From Parcubacteria group bacterium Licking1014_17 (lineage in GTDB: Bacteria > Patescibacteriota > Minisyncoccia > 2-02-FULL-40-12 > IGHO2-01-FULL-4-A), in NCBI GenBank assembly GCA_007376485.1, contig VMGJ01000006.1:779-64778 (forward strand): a stretch of 64,000 nt of DNA, written 5' to 3'. The position numbers and the translations under genes are program-made. Each line of letters opens with the position of its first letter. The first letter of the stretch is position 1. The notes below the pieces were generated by a model that worked only from the letters and a program-made list of their open reading frames with translations, made no database searches and was not told the DNA's origin. Positions 40,417 to 49,568 of the stretch are shown in pieces.

Positions 40417-41754
40417 ATGGAAAAAGAAAAAAATTTGGAAAAAATCGTCTCATTGTGCAAACGCCGCGGCTTTGTTTTTCCCGGCAGCGAAATATACGGC
40501 GGATTGGCTGGCATTTATGATTATGGGCCGCTAGGCGTGGAGTTGAGTATGAATGTAAAAAACGCTTGGCGTCGGGAGATGTTTCGTCTGCATGAAAATA
40601 TTTTCGAACTGGATAGCAGCATACTTATGCAGAAAAGAGTTTGGCAGGCATCAGGCCATACGTCCGCCGGCTTTACCGATCCTTTGCGGGAATGCAAAAA
40701 ATGCCACCACCGTTTTCGCGCCGACCACCTGACCGAGCAGGGGATTGATAAATGTCCGGATTGCGGCGGCGACCTAACGGAGCCGAAACGATTTAACCTT
40801 CTCGTAGAAACACATTTGGGGCCGGTTCAGGATGACTCTTCTTTGGTGTATCTGCGAGGCGAAACCGCCCAAGGTATTTACGTGAATTACAACAATGTGA
40901 AGATATCTCAAAGTGCTTCACTTCCGTTTGGAATTGGTCAGATTGGCAAAGCCTTCAGAAACGAAATCACTCCCGGGCATTTTATTTACCGAATGCGCGA
41001 GTTTGAACAGATGGAGCAGCAATATTTTATCAAACCATCCGAAGCGGATAAGTATTTTGAACAATGGAAAGAAGAGCGCCTGCACTGGTATTTGGACTTG
41101 GGCATCAAGAAAGAAAATCTGCGTCTCCGCCCGCACGTCACCGGTGAATTGGCCCACTACGCCAAGGCCGCCGTGGATATTGAATATAATTTCCCCTTTG
41201 GCTGGCATGAAATTGAAGGCATTCATAATCGGGGCGATTGGGATCTTTCTCGGCACAGCGAATATTCCGGCCAAGATTTATCGGAAATTGATACTGGAAC
41301 CGGGAAAAGATTTTATCCCTATGTCATTGAAACTTCGGCTGGGGTTGACCGTTTGACATTAGCGTTTATTGTTGATGCCTATGAGGAAGTTATCGGCGGG
41401 CGGACCACCACTACGCAAAGCATAAAAGAAATAGAGGTCGTTTTGAAATTAGACCATCGGCTATCGCCGGTAAAAATCGCCGTTCTGCCTTTATCCAAAA
41501 AAGAGCCGCTGGTGAATATGGCGAAAGATATTGCCAGTAAATTGCGCAAAAACTGGAATGTCCAATATGACGATACTGCCTCTATCGGCAAGCGTTACCG
41601 CCGACAGGATGAAATCGGCACGCCCTTCTGCATATCCGTGGATTTTGAATCCATTGACGACAAAAAAGTTACCGTCCGCGACCGGGATACGATGAAGCAG
41701 GAGAGGATGGAAATAGGGAAATTAGAAATTTATATTGCCGAAAAGCTGAAATGA
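40417..41754 (+). CDS. glyQS: glycine--tRNA ligase (homodimeric type)
   Basis: LCKRRGF, YLRGETAQG, FRNEITP, REFEQME, IGKRYRRQDEIGTP. Confidence 0.97.
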   Translation: MEKEKNLEKIVSLCKRRGFVFPGSEIYGGLAGIYDYGPLGVELSMNVKNAWRREMFRLHENIFELDSSILMQKRVWQASGHTSAGFTDPLRECKKCHHRFRADHLTEQGIDKCPDCGGDLTEPKRFNLLVETHLGPVQDDSSLVYLRGETAQGIYVNYNNVKISQSASLPFGIGQIGKAFRNEITPGHFIYRMREFEQMEQQYFIKPSEADKYFEQWKEERLHWYLDLGIKKENLRLRPHVTGELAHYAKAAVDIEYNFPFGWHEIEGIHNRGDWDLSRHSEYSGQDLSEIDTGTGKRFYPYVIETSAGVDRLTLAFIVDAYEEVIGGRTTTTQSIKEIEVVLKLDHRLSPVKIAVLPLSKKEPLVNMAKDIASKLRKNWNVQYDDTASIGKRYRRQDEIGTPFCISVDFESIDDKKVTVRDRDTMKQERMEIGKLEIYIAEKLK

Positions 41755-42830
41755 GCTCATCTCTGGCGCAAAAATTAGAGCGTTTTGCCGAAGGTGAGAA
41801 TATTGACGCGACACGATTGATAACGCGAGAACCCGAGAATGCCCTTGAGGTTTTTCCTGAACTTTTTATTGAAGATCGCCCGATAAGCGAGGTTGAAATA
41901 CTGGAAGCCCTGTATAAGCGTTTATTGAAACACATAGTATCTCTGGATAAAAAAGATTTGGCGTATTTGGCATCCGTTGCCCAGAAACGCACGGGATTTA
42001 TTCTAAAATACAAACCCCATGGAATCAAAGCCACGATACCTCTGGGTTTCTCTCTTTTCTTTTTGGAACCAAATGAAGGGTTTAGCTTTCAGCGCCATAT
42101 TGATATAAAAACGGAAATGTTTAATTTCATTTCGATTTCAGAAGGCGGCTTTGTATATTTTTGTCAAATGGATGAATGGGAAAAAATGTACAGTCCGAAA
42201 CGCTTTTCGGCGTGGCTTGAAGGCGCGTTCAGCCCTTCATTTGAGCAATTTCGTTATATTCCAAAACCCGGAGACGTTATTCGCATAGATAAAACCAATT
42301 TAGTCCACACGGCTATCGGCTGTGTTTTGGAAGAATACTCCAATATTTCGACAGATATGGTGGATCGTCTGCACGATCAGAATAAAGGTAAAAAAATTCC
42401 GCCGAAGTTCAATCGTCGGTATTTTTCGCAAAAAATGGATGGTATTTGTTATCCGGAAAAAAATCATTTAATTGAATACAAGAAAGGTAAATTTATTACT
42501 AGTTCTTTGGAATGGGCCCAAAATGACGGTATTTTCATGATGCCGCTGATGGAGACCCCTACCTATAAAGCAGAACGAGTATCTTTGCCGGCAAACAGTA
42601 TTTGGCGGTTAAATACAGGCGGTAATTTTGTTTCAGCTTTTTTGAGCGATGGCGAAGTAAACTGTGAACTAACTAATAGTAACGAAAATCCGGTAGAGAA
42701 ATCTTTTGATTTATCGCGCCACGATGCGTTTCTAAGCCTGCCCGGGTGCGAATGGCAAATTAGAAATCTATCGGCGTCTGACTCCTGTTTATCGGTTTTG
42801 ACGGTCCGGGAAAAATACGCGCTCTTGTAA
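41751..42830 (+). CDS. cupin-fold protein
   Basis: FSFQRH..KTE, PGDVI.I....VH...G.VLEE, plus a second degenerate cupin-like half. Confidence 0.6.
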   Translation: MSSSLAQKLERFAEGENIDATRLITREPENALEVFPELFIEDRPISEVEILEALYKRLLKHIVSLDKKDLAYLASVAQKRTGFILKYKPHGIKATIPLGFSLFFLEPNEGFSFQRHIDIKTEMFNFISISEGGFVYFCQMDEWEKMYSPKRFSAWLEGAFSPSFEQFRYIPKPGDVIRIDKTNLVHTAIGCVLEEYSNISTDMVDRLHDQNKGKKIPPKFNRRYFSQKMDGICYPEKNHLIEYKKGKFITSSLEWAQNDGIFMMPLMETPTYKAERVSLPANSIWRLNTGGNFVSAFLSDGEVNCELTNSNENPVEKSFDLSRHDAFLSLPGCEWQIRNLSASDSCLSVLTVREKYALL

Positions 42831-42833
42831 AAA

Positions 42834-43334
42834 ATGAATGAATACGAAAAACCCGAACAAGAAGACGAGGGTTTTGTAAAAAATGAACTCGAGAAATTAA
42901 GAGCAATAAACGATCGTGAATGTGAGTCATTAGCGACGTTTTTGCAGTCTCATATTGATGAAATATATAGATTACTTATTGAAAGAAACAAAGGATCTGC
43001 GGATTTTGAAGGTTTATGCGAAGTTGCCGCGGAGGAACTCCATAAAAGATTAAAAGCCGCCGGTTATGACAGTAAGATGGTTGAAGGAGATCTGGTGGTA
43101 GGCGAGAAGGATTCTTTATCTCATATGATTAATATGGTCAAATTCCCAAACCACTGGGTATTGATTGATCTAACCATCAGGCAATTGCCTTGGTATAAAA
43201 ACAAGAGCTGGCTTCTTGAGGCGTTGCCTCCCGACAACGCAGAAATAAAGAAATTTCTGTATGACCGATATAACTGGTGGCTGGGTCCGAATCATGATTA
43301 TAAAAGGGAGCCATTTGTTAACTGCAAGTCTTGA
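42834..43334 (+). CDS. transglutaminase/papain-like Cys-His-Asp protein
   Basis: GLCEVAA...SH...WVLIDLT.RQ. Confidence 0.55.
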   Translation: MNEYEKPEQEDEGFVKNELEKLRAINDRECESLATFLQSHIDEIYRLLIERNKGSADFEGLCEVAAEELHKRLKAAGYDSKMVEGDLVVGEKDSLSHMINMVKFPNHWVLIDLTIRQLPWYKNKSWLLEALPPDNAEIKKFLYDRYNWWLGPNHDYKREPFVNCKS

Positions 43335-43443
43335 ATCTCTTGACGACAAAAAAGTCACCGTCCGCGGCCGGGACACAATGAAGCAGGAGAGGGTGGAAAT
43401 AAAAGAATTGGCAGTCTATTTTAGGAAAATACTTGATATATAA
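43331..43443 (+). pseudogene. displaced duplicate of the glyS 3' end
   Basis: ESLDDKKVTVRGRDTMKQERVEI vs glyS ESIDDKKVTVRDRDTMKQERMEI; DNA similar to 41645-41714. Confidence 0.85.
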
Positions 43444-43466
43444 ACCGTTTTGATTTAATCTGGGAA

Positions 43467-43661
43467 AGGAAAGCTTTTGATATTCGGCAAATATTACAGT
43501 TCAATTTCGGCGAACATTAGTGCGTAGTAAAGAACGGCGCACGAACTCCGAAGATGACGATTAGATCGTTCGAAAATCGCGTTTCCGTTTGCACGGAGAC
43601 GCGATTATTGTTATCCAGCAAACCGCATCCTCGCCGATTGGCGCGAAGATGCGGTTTTTTT
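43467..43661 (+). ncRNA. candidate stand-alone structured RNA
   Basis: TTGATA-17bp-TAATCT promoter, three stems, intrinsic terminator at 43620-43661, no convincing ORF. Confidence 0.45.
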
Positions 43662-43700
43662 GTATTTAACTTAATTGGCATGTTTCGTGCTTTACAAAGA

Positions 43701-44348
43701 TCAGTTGCCAATTCCAACTTTACAAATTATCGAATCCACCAATTTTTCTTTTGACGACTGGGTTAGTTTTTTTCTCTTGAATAATTTCTCGATCATTAAG
43801 TGGATTAATTCGTGCGCGATAGTGTAATCGGAAAAAGTTATGTCGGATTTCACATCGGGGTTCGCGCGAACATATATTTGGTTGCCCCGCCCAAAGCTTC
43901 CTCCGCTACCGTAAAATGTAATGTAGCAAACATAGGACTCCACAGTTTTAACGTCGGGGATTTTAGTGATTTTTTGAAAAAATCCTCTTTCTGTTTTTTG
44001 CCACTTTTCGCGCAAGATATTCAAAACCGATTTGTATTTACTGAGCGAATAAATAGAATTAAATTCGCGTAAAAATAGAGCGCGATCGCCGTCATTAAGT
44101 AGGTTTATATAACCATAATTAACACTATTTCCCAAGGATTTACTTGTCAGTTTTTTTAATTTCGATTCCAATTGCTTGGAAAACTTCGGTAATATCAATT
44201 CTGACGACCACTTCTTTAGAAATGACATTTTGCAATAAGTCCATAATACCTCCTCGATTTCTTTCTCTTTTGAGATACGGAACTGAACCTTATTTTTTTT
44301 GATGAATTTAGGCAAACAGGAAACAAACCTTACTAAAGTTATTGACAT
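43701..44348 (-). CDS. HExxH putative Zn metalloprotease
   Basis: YGSGGSF...IYVR...IAHELIH; paralog of 46933-47469. Confidence 0.7.
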   Translation of the reverse strand: MSITLVRFVSCLPKFIKKNKVQFRISKEKEIEEVLWTYCKMSFLKKWSSELILPKFSKQLESKLKKLTSKSLGNSVNYGYINLLNDGDRALFLREFNSIYSLSKYKSVLNILREKWQKTERGFFQKITKIPDVKTVESYVCYITFYGSGGSFGRGNQIYVRANPDVKSDITFSDYTIAHELIHLMIEKLFKRKKLTQSSKEKLVDSIICKVGIGN

Positions 44349-44436
44349 TAGCAGGATTTAATATATTCTAATTTCAGATTAACTGTCCATTAACAATCTG
44401 TCAATTACCCGATTAGGGGACGCGGGGAGTTGTCAA

Positions 44437-44910
44437 ATGGATGAAAAAAACATACTTCGACTCAAGTTGCCATGGCTGTGGGGCACGGACCTGCTTTGTA
44501 CCGCAGGGTACGGACCTGATAGCGGAAGTCCTTATCATGATGATAAGCATAATGCCTTCTACGCGCTTGACTTTGACAAGCCGTGGAGGGGAAATATGAT
44601 GCCGGTTGTGCCGATACTGGCTGTGGAAAAGGGCAATATCGTAACAATTGAGACCAATCCCGAGCATCCTTTTGGATGCCACGTAGTTATTAACCACGGA
44701 GGGGGGTATAAAAGCCTATACGCTCATCTAATGGGAATGCCTGATATACCAGATTTGGTGCGGCAGGGTCAATTGTTGGGCTATATGGGCGAAACGGGAC
44801 ATGCCCAGGGGCCACATCTACACTTCCAACTTTTCTTTAGAAACTTGTGCAGAGAGAAAATCAAACGAGCAATGCCGGCCCGGGTCCACATTCTCGGAGT
44901 TGTTACGTAA
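44437..44910 (+). CDS. stand-alone M23 family peptidase
   Basis: H....YALD, YAHL, GPHLHF. Confidence 0.8.
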   Translation: MDEKNILRLKLPWLWGTDLLCTAGYGPDSGSPYHDDKHNAFYALDFDKPWRGNMMPVVPILAVEKGNIVTIETNPEHPFGCHVVINHGGGYKSLYAHLMGMPDIPDLVRQGQLLGYMGETGHAQGPHLHFQLFFRNLCREKIKRAMPARVHILGVVT

Positions 44911-45000
44911 AAAGGTCGAATCTGAAAGGAGAACGCAAGAAGAAAAACGGGAAACCGATTTGAAGAATCTTATTGGGATATTATTTAAATAGGAGAAGAC

Positions 45001-45348
45001 ATGGATACTCTTGAGGAAAAAAAGAATCGATTATGCCAAATCGCTACAGAAGCATTGGAAGATGTGATTAGAGACGGCTTATTGAAAGAAGAAGATAGGG
45101 AAAGCGTAGTAAATGCGATAGGGCACGTTTTGGGAGCATATAACGACCTGAAACAGGAGAAGGATTTTAATAAGCTCTCAAATAGGCTCATTGACGAATT
45201 CGAAAAAGATAAAATAGTTGGGTTGATTTGTATCTTAGAACTTTCCGAGTTTAATAGCAAAGTTGAAATTGAGTTCTGTAAGACCCTGAAAAAACACCGT
45301 GATTTGATACGCAAGGCCATAGAAGCCGATAGCCGCGCTGACAAGTAG
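45001..45348 (+). CDS. hypothetical protein
   Basis: RBS AGGAG; 115-aa charged, probably helical ORF. Confidence 0.65.
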   Translation: MDTLEEKKNRLCQIATEALEDVIRDGLLKEEDRESVVNAIGHVLGAYNDLKQEKDFNKLSNRLIDEFEKDKIVGLICILELSEFNSKVEIEFCKTLKKHRDLIRKAIEADSRADK

Positions 45349-45374
45349 GGGATAGCCGTTTATTTGGGTCTTTC

Positions 45375-45405
45375 ACCAGCCGGCTCTGCCGGCTTTTTGT
45401 TGGGG
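45375..45405 (+). terminator. repeated terminator block (copy at 46562-46592)
   Basis: ACCAGCCGGCnnTGCCGGCTTTTTGTTGGGG, 29/31 identical between copies. Confidence 0.7.
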
Positions 45406-45566
45406 CAAGCTCGTCAGAAAACGCCAAATGTGTGTGCACATTACCCGAGATGTGGATCTCGAAGTAAATATTACCTGTGTTATATTTGAAGCGATAACTG
45501 ATTTGATTATTGTGAACAATCTTATATTGTTTCTAATCCGGAGTTATGTTAGTACTATAGATAATT

Positions 45567-46190
45567 ATGAGTAAAGAAGGTTTTTGGGGAAAATTTGAAG
45601 AAAAGTGTCGCCAGAAGACGGAGGAGTTGCGCAGTAAACGTCTGAAGATGAAGGAAGAAAGGGAAAAAAGATTTGCCGAAAGAGGAGAAAAGCCGGGTTT
45701 AATCGGGTCTTGGTTTGAAATGATGGACACGGCAATTAAATTAAATGATTTTGTGGAAAATAACAGAGGGGAGATAAATGATGCGTTTAGCAGAGCCAAG
45801 GAAACAATAAAAGCGCCGGGATCATTGGACCCCAGAGAGAGGGGAGGAAATTTTAAATTAGCCGCAAAGGGATTAGCTGTTGATTTAGTCGGAGTGGTGG
45901 GAAATTATGAAAGCAGAGTGAGGGAGCGGCAGTTTAAAGAGGAGAGTAGGATTTTGAATAAAATTATAGAAATAAAGGCCGAAAAAGAAAAAATAGAGCA
46001 ATTGGATAATTTGGGGGAGACTATCAAACAAAGACAGCAAGAGGTAGTTGATGATATCAGCAGTTCGGGAAGGTCGATCCCCGATCAAGATGTTACAGAT
46101 AAACTTAGCGAGAAAATCGCGGCAAAACTTGAAAATGCCGACGAAAAGACGAAGAGGGAATTGCTCAAGCTAATTGGATCTTTACCTTAA
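45567..46190 (+). CDS. hypothetical coiled-coil protein
   Basis: 207-aa charged ORF. Confidence 0.7.
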   Translation: MSKEGFWGKFEEKCRQKTEELRSKRLKMKEEREKRFAERGEKPGLIGSWFEMMDTAIKLNDFVENNRGEINDAFSRAKETIKAPGSLDPRERGGNFKLAAKGLAVDLVGVVGNYESRVRERQFKEESRILNKIIEIKAEKEKIEQLDNLGETIKQRQQEVVDDISSSGRSIPDQDVTDKLSEKIAAKLENADEKTKRELLKLIGSLP

Positions 46191-46203
46191 CGAGGAGGAC
46201 ATT

Positions 46204-46530
46204 ATGAGCGAAGAAAATATTGAGGCAAAAGTTGGGGAACTGAAAGCAAGAATCATTGCCGCGGCAAAACGGCCCGAGCTTGAGCTCGGTGAAAAATATG
46301 GGCAGGAATTGGCCGATAGTATGGAGAAGATACTTAATCTTCTGGATGAACGCGGGCGGAAAGAGCCGACTGTTGATTGGCTTTTGGGTGAGTTTAGAAA
46401 AGAAGAAATAACGGGGCTTTGGCATGTTTCAAATATGACGCTATACATGAAAGCGTTTAAACCTCTTATCATTGGACAAATTCTTGAATGGCTTGAGGAA
46501 ATCAAGGAAGAGGAGAGGAAGAAGAAATAA
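46204..46530 (+). CDS. hypothetical protein
   Basis: RBS GAGGAGG before ATG 46204. Confidence 0.65.
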   Translation: MSEENIEAKVGELKARIIAAAKRPELELGEKYGQELADSMEKILNLLDERGRKEPTVDWLLGEFRKEEITGLWHVSNMTLYMKAFKPLIIGQILEWLEEIKEEERKKK

Positions 46531-46688
46531 GTTTTTTTACTTCACTTTTTGTTCTTCTTTTACCAGCCGGCAATGCCGGCTTTTTGTTGGGGGGTTGCAT
46601 AGAAAGAGTGCTAAATGTGGTGGACGCATACAGGGACTTGACTAAACTCCTATTATTAATGTATTTTTTGAGCAGGAGGTTAAACGCC

Positions 46689-46871
46689 ATGCCACAAGAA
46701 TTGTATGAATGGGTGTCTAACCTTGCCGGTGCCGGAATGTTAGCCGATAGCATACCGGCTGGCACTGGCCCAGCGCAAATGGGGCCGGGCAGTCATTGCG
46801 ACTGCGTTTGCGCGGAATGCGACAATGGCCGTGGGAGCGGCCAGTGCAACTGCGGCCCTAGGGATTGTTGA
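46689..46871 (+). CDS. putative RiPP precursor peptide 1 (60 aa, 7 Cys)
   Basis: RBS AGGAGGT; Cys-free leader then HCDCVCAECDNGRGSGQCNCGPRDC; two genes upstream of an rSAM/SPASM gene. Confidence 0.78.
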   Translation: MPQELYEWVSNLAGAGMLADSIPAGTGPAQMGPGSHCDCVCAECDNGRGSGQCNCGPRDC

Positions 46872-46884
46872 CTCCCGCAATTTC

Positions 46885-46918
46885 GTAGCTGCCGGTCTCT
46901 TGGGGGACCGGCAGCTAC
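46885..46918 (+). terminator. strong hairpin after precursor 1 (no U-tract)
   Basis: GTAGCTGCCGGTCTC-ttgg-GGGACCGGCAGCTAC. Confidence 0.65.
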
Positions 46919-46932
46919 ACCCATTTCAATAA

Positions 46933-47469
46933 ATGAAAAATATTTCGGTAATAATATCATTTAAACCAATACTCAAGCATTTATTAGAGGTGGTGGTTAA
47001 AAGTCTTGAAGCCGGCAATTATAAAAAATGGGGGCTGAACCCGATTTTACCGCCTCGGCTAAGTGATAATGAAGATTACGGAGTGGCTGCTGAAAGATTT
47101 TGGAATGAATCGGGCTGGTCCGATAGAGTTCAACCTCTCGTGCCCAAAATCAATGACTGGTGGAATAAATTTGGCGCTAAATTTACCGAGTCGTTATCTG
47201 CCGATTTAAAAGTTATAGAACCGGAAAAATATTATATAATACTTACTCCTTTCGGTCCCGGCGGCAGTTATAACACGTCTCAGTCGGCGATTTATGTCAG
47301 AATCACTGATCCAAATGATAATCTGTGGTGGCAGAGAGTTATTGTGCATGAAATCGCGCATTTAGTTAGTGTTAAGCAAGAAAATAAAGACCATGCGCGA
47401 AATGAGGATAGAATAAATAAAATTGTGCGTGAAAAACTTGAAGCTATGGGTATGACTGAATTGTTATAG
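46933..47469 (+). CDS. HExxH putative Zn metalloprotease
   Basis: FGPGGSY...IYVR...IVHEIAH. Confidence 0.72.
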   Translation: MKNISVIISFKPILKHLLEVVVKSLEAGNYKKWGLNPILPPRLSDNEDYGVAAERFWNESGWSDRVQPLVPKINDWWNKFGAKFTESLSADLKVIEPEKYYIILTPFGPGGSYNTSQSAIYVRITDPNDNLWWQRVIVHEIAHLVSVKQENKDHARNEDRINKIVREKLEAMGMTELL

Positions 47470-47510
47470 CAAATTTTTGTCCTTTTTAAATTGAATATTG
47501 GAGGATTTCG

Positions 47511-48569
47511 ATGGAACAGTATATTTGCCGTCCTCGTGTGATGTGGCTGTCTATTGTTGATTACTGTAACAATAGGTGCCTATGGTGCTATGAACAGTGT
47601 AACGAAGTTCTAGGCCGAAGCATGAGCCTGGATTTGGTGAAAAGAATTTGTAACGCTATGCGATCCGTGGGGGTCAAAAAGTGCATAGTGATAGGCGGGG
47701 AACCCACCCTTCACCCGAATTTTTTTGAAGTGCTTTCAGAGATTAAGGAATGTGGATTCACGATTTCTCTTGTCACGAACGGGCGTCTTATCAGTAAACA
47801 CGAGATAGCCGAAAAATTGTCGCAAACCAGGCCTGATTTTCTGACCATTTCGATTCATGGGTGGTCGCCTGAATCCTATTGCAGGCTGACAAAATCAAAA
47901 AATGGTTTTTCTGAGGTAGCCGAAGGAATGACTCTCCTAAGAAAGCACGGCGTTAAATTTGAGGTGAATATCACCCTCAGTAAATTAACCGCTGGTTTAA
48001 CGGAAGAAATCCTTTCTTTTCTGGAAGCCAACAATATTAAGCACGCCGGATTTAATCTTGCGTCACCTTCGGTATCGGCCCAGAAAACCGTTGCTGAATT
48101 TGTCCCTACGATGCAGGAATTAGCGAGCCAAGCCGTATCCGTTTTCAAGGGCTGCTTGAGTCGGGGAATCAGGCCGTCATTCTTGCTGACCCTCCCTTTC
48201 TGCCTCTTTGGCGATGAGGAATTGTCAGAATTCTTCAAAGCCAGAGCTGTTATATCGGGATGTCAGCTACTATCGGGTTCTGGGATTGTTTTCCAAGCCG
48301 ACGGGTCTATATCCCTTTGCAACCATCTACTGGATTTCAAAATTGCCAATCCTCAACAGACAAGAGAATTGCTTGCTTCGGAAGGCAACTTTCTTGAATT
48401 CTGGAATGCGGAGAAATTGTGTGAAATAAGAAAACAAGCGAATTGTTTCAGGTCTCCTGTTTGCTCCAAGTGCAGTCAATGGGGCATTTGCGGTGCTGGT
48501 TGCATGGTAAGGTGGGCGCATCATAGCCTTTCCGAAGTAGAATTCAGAGAGGTAAATATTAACATCTAG
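47511..48569 (+). CDS. radical SAM/SPASM enzyme 1
   Basis: CNNRCLWC, GGEP, TNG; SPASM GC...DG....C...CSKC.....CGAGC. Confidence 0.93.
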   Translation: MEQYICRPRVMWLSIVDYCNNRCLWCYEQCNEVLGRSMSLDLVKRICNAMRSVGVKKCIVIGGEPTLHPNFFEVLSEIKECGFTISLVTNGRLISKHEIAEKLSQTRPDFLTISIHGWSPESYCRLTKSKNGFSEVAEGMTLLRKHGVKFEVNITLSKLTAGLTEEILSFLEANNIKHAGFNLASPSVSAQKTVAEFVPTMQELASQAVSVFKGCLSRGIRPSFLLTLPFCLFGDEELSEFFKARAVISGCQLLSGSGIVFQADGSISLCNHLLDFKIANPQQTRELLASEGNFLEFWNAEKLCEIRKQANCFRSPVCSKCSQWGICGAGCMVRWAHHSLSEVEFREVNINI

Positions 48570-48620
48570 GTCTACTCCGTATGCAGATGGTGATTGTATG
48601 CCATCTGCTTTTATTTAAGA

Positions 48621-48660
48621 GGCTATTGACAAATACTTTGGCTTGACTTATAAAGGAAGT
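48621..48660 (+). promoter_or_regulatory. repeated sigma70 promoter block, copy 1
   Basis: TTGACA-aatactttggcttgact-TATAAA (17-bp spacer). Confidence 0.8.
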
Positions 48661-48866
48661 ATCAGTGTTGTCAGCTCTTTTGTGCTCTTCAACAATCGAA
48701 ACCGAGGCTAGGGTTTCTAGCCTGAAAGTGAGGTATGAAATGAAAAAATTTCGTCGTGTCGCTCGCGGCAAGCCCTTTTTACCTATATCCGTAAACGAAT
48801 CTCAGTTTGAAAATTCACAGGCAAGAATGTTCTTGCCTGGTTTTTTTAAATTAGATTTTTACTAAT

Positions 48867-49244
48867 TTGGATGAACAAATTAAATTAACTCTTGAGTATA
48901 TTCAAAAATTGACTAAGGGTTGGTACAAATTCAGCAAAGCCACGGAGGCCTATAAAACATCTTTATTTGAATGTATTGCGCACAAGAAAACTGGTTGCAG
49001 CATGAAAGCAAGGTTTGCTCAACTGCTTTTGACTTTTCTTGGTTACGAAGTCGAAATAGTGAGAGGATACTATAAATCTCCTGAGAGATGGACTTTGCAT
49101 GCCTGGGTAAAGGTCAACGGCAAGGAGTACGACCCGACCAGGAAGAATTTTCAAATAACAAGAGACAAACACTCGCGAACAAATCCCGATCCTCACCTCA
49201 CTGATTGGGAACAGGTTTTCGAGAAAATGGAAGGGGAGAATTAA
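48867..49244 (+). CDS. transglutaminase-like Cys-His-Asp protein (candidate leader peptidase)
   Basis: GCSMKA...LGY.V....G...HAWVKVNG..YDPT. Confidence 0.75.
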   Translation: MDEQIKLTLEYIQKLTKGWYKFSKATEAYKTSLFECIAHKKTGCSMKARFAQLLLTFLGYEVEIVRGYYKSPERWTLHAWVKVNGKEYDPTRKNFQITRDKHSRTNPDPHLTDWEQVFEKMEGEN

Positions 49245-49338
49245 CCCCCAACTGAAACTCCATAGGCCGTCAGAATGTGGCATATACATACATTTTAACC
49301 CCCAAATGTCGCTAAGCCGTTGAACCATTACGTTACTC

Positions 49339-49380
49339 TTGACAAATACTTTAGCTTGACCTATAAAGGAGATAGTTGTT
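49339..49380 (+). promoter_or_regulatory. repeated promoter block, copy 2 (upstream of precursor 2)
   Basis: TTGACAAATACTTTAGCTTGACCTATAAAGGAGATAGTTGTT. Confidence 0.8.
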
Positions 49381-49410
49381 TTAAATCTGCGGAAAGGGGG
49401 TGAGGTAATA

Positions 49411-49548
49411 ATGCCCGAAGACCCGGGAACTCTTTCGCTTTTCATTGGTCCCGAGGACGACCAGGTGCCGTCCAAAATGAGTTGTGATTTTGATGTTGAC
49501 TGTTATGACTGCGACTATAACTGCGAGGAGTGCAACAACAGCGATTAA
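49411..49548 (+). CDS. putative RiPP precursor peptide 2 (45 aa, 5 Cys, acidic)
   Basis: Manual translation MPEDPGTLSLFIGPEDDQVPSKMSCDFDVDCYDCDYNCEECNNSD*; own promoter, RBS GGGGGTGAGGT, downstream hairpin. Confidence 0.78.
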   Translation: MPEDPGTLSLFIGPEDDQVPSKMSCDFDVDCYDCDYNCEECNNSD

Positions 49549-49568
49549 TAGCTCGTCAGTCGCCCGCT

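Noticed and set aside
43545-43615. Hammerhead ribozyme
   Set aside because: There is a GAAA between two stems, but the core reads CCGAAGA rather than CUGANGA and no stem I can be formed.
45526-45554. dif site (TTATGTTAG arm)
   Set aside because: The left arm and spacer length do not fit; it is better explained as the promoter of the next gene.
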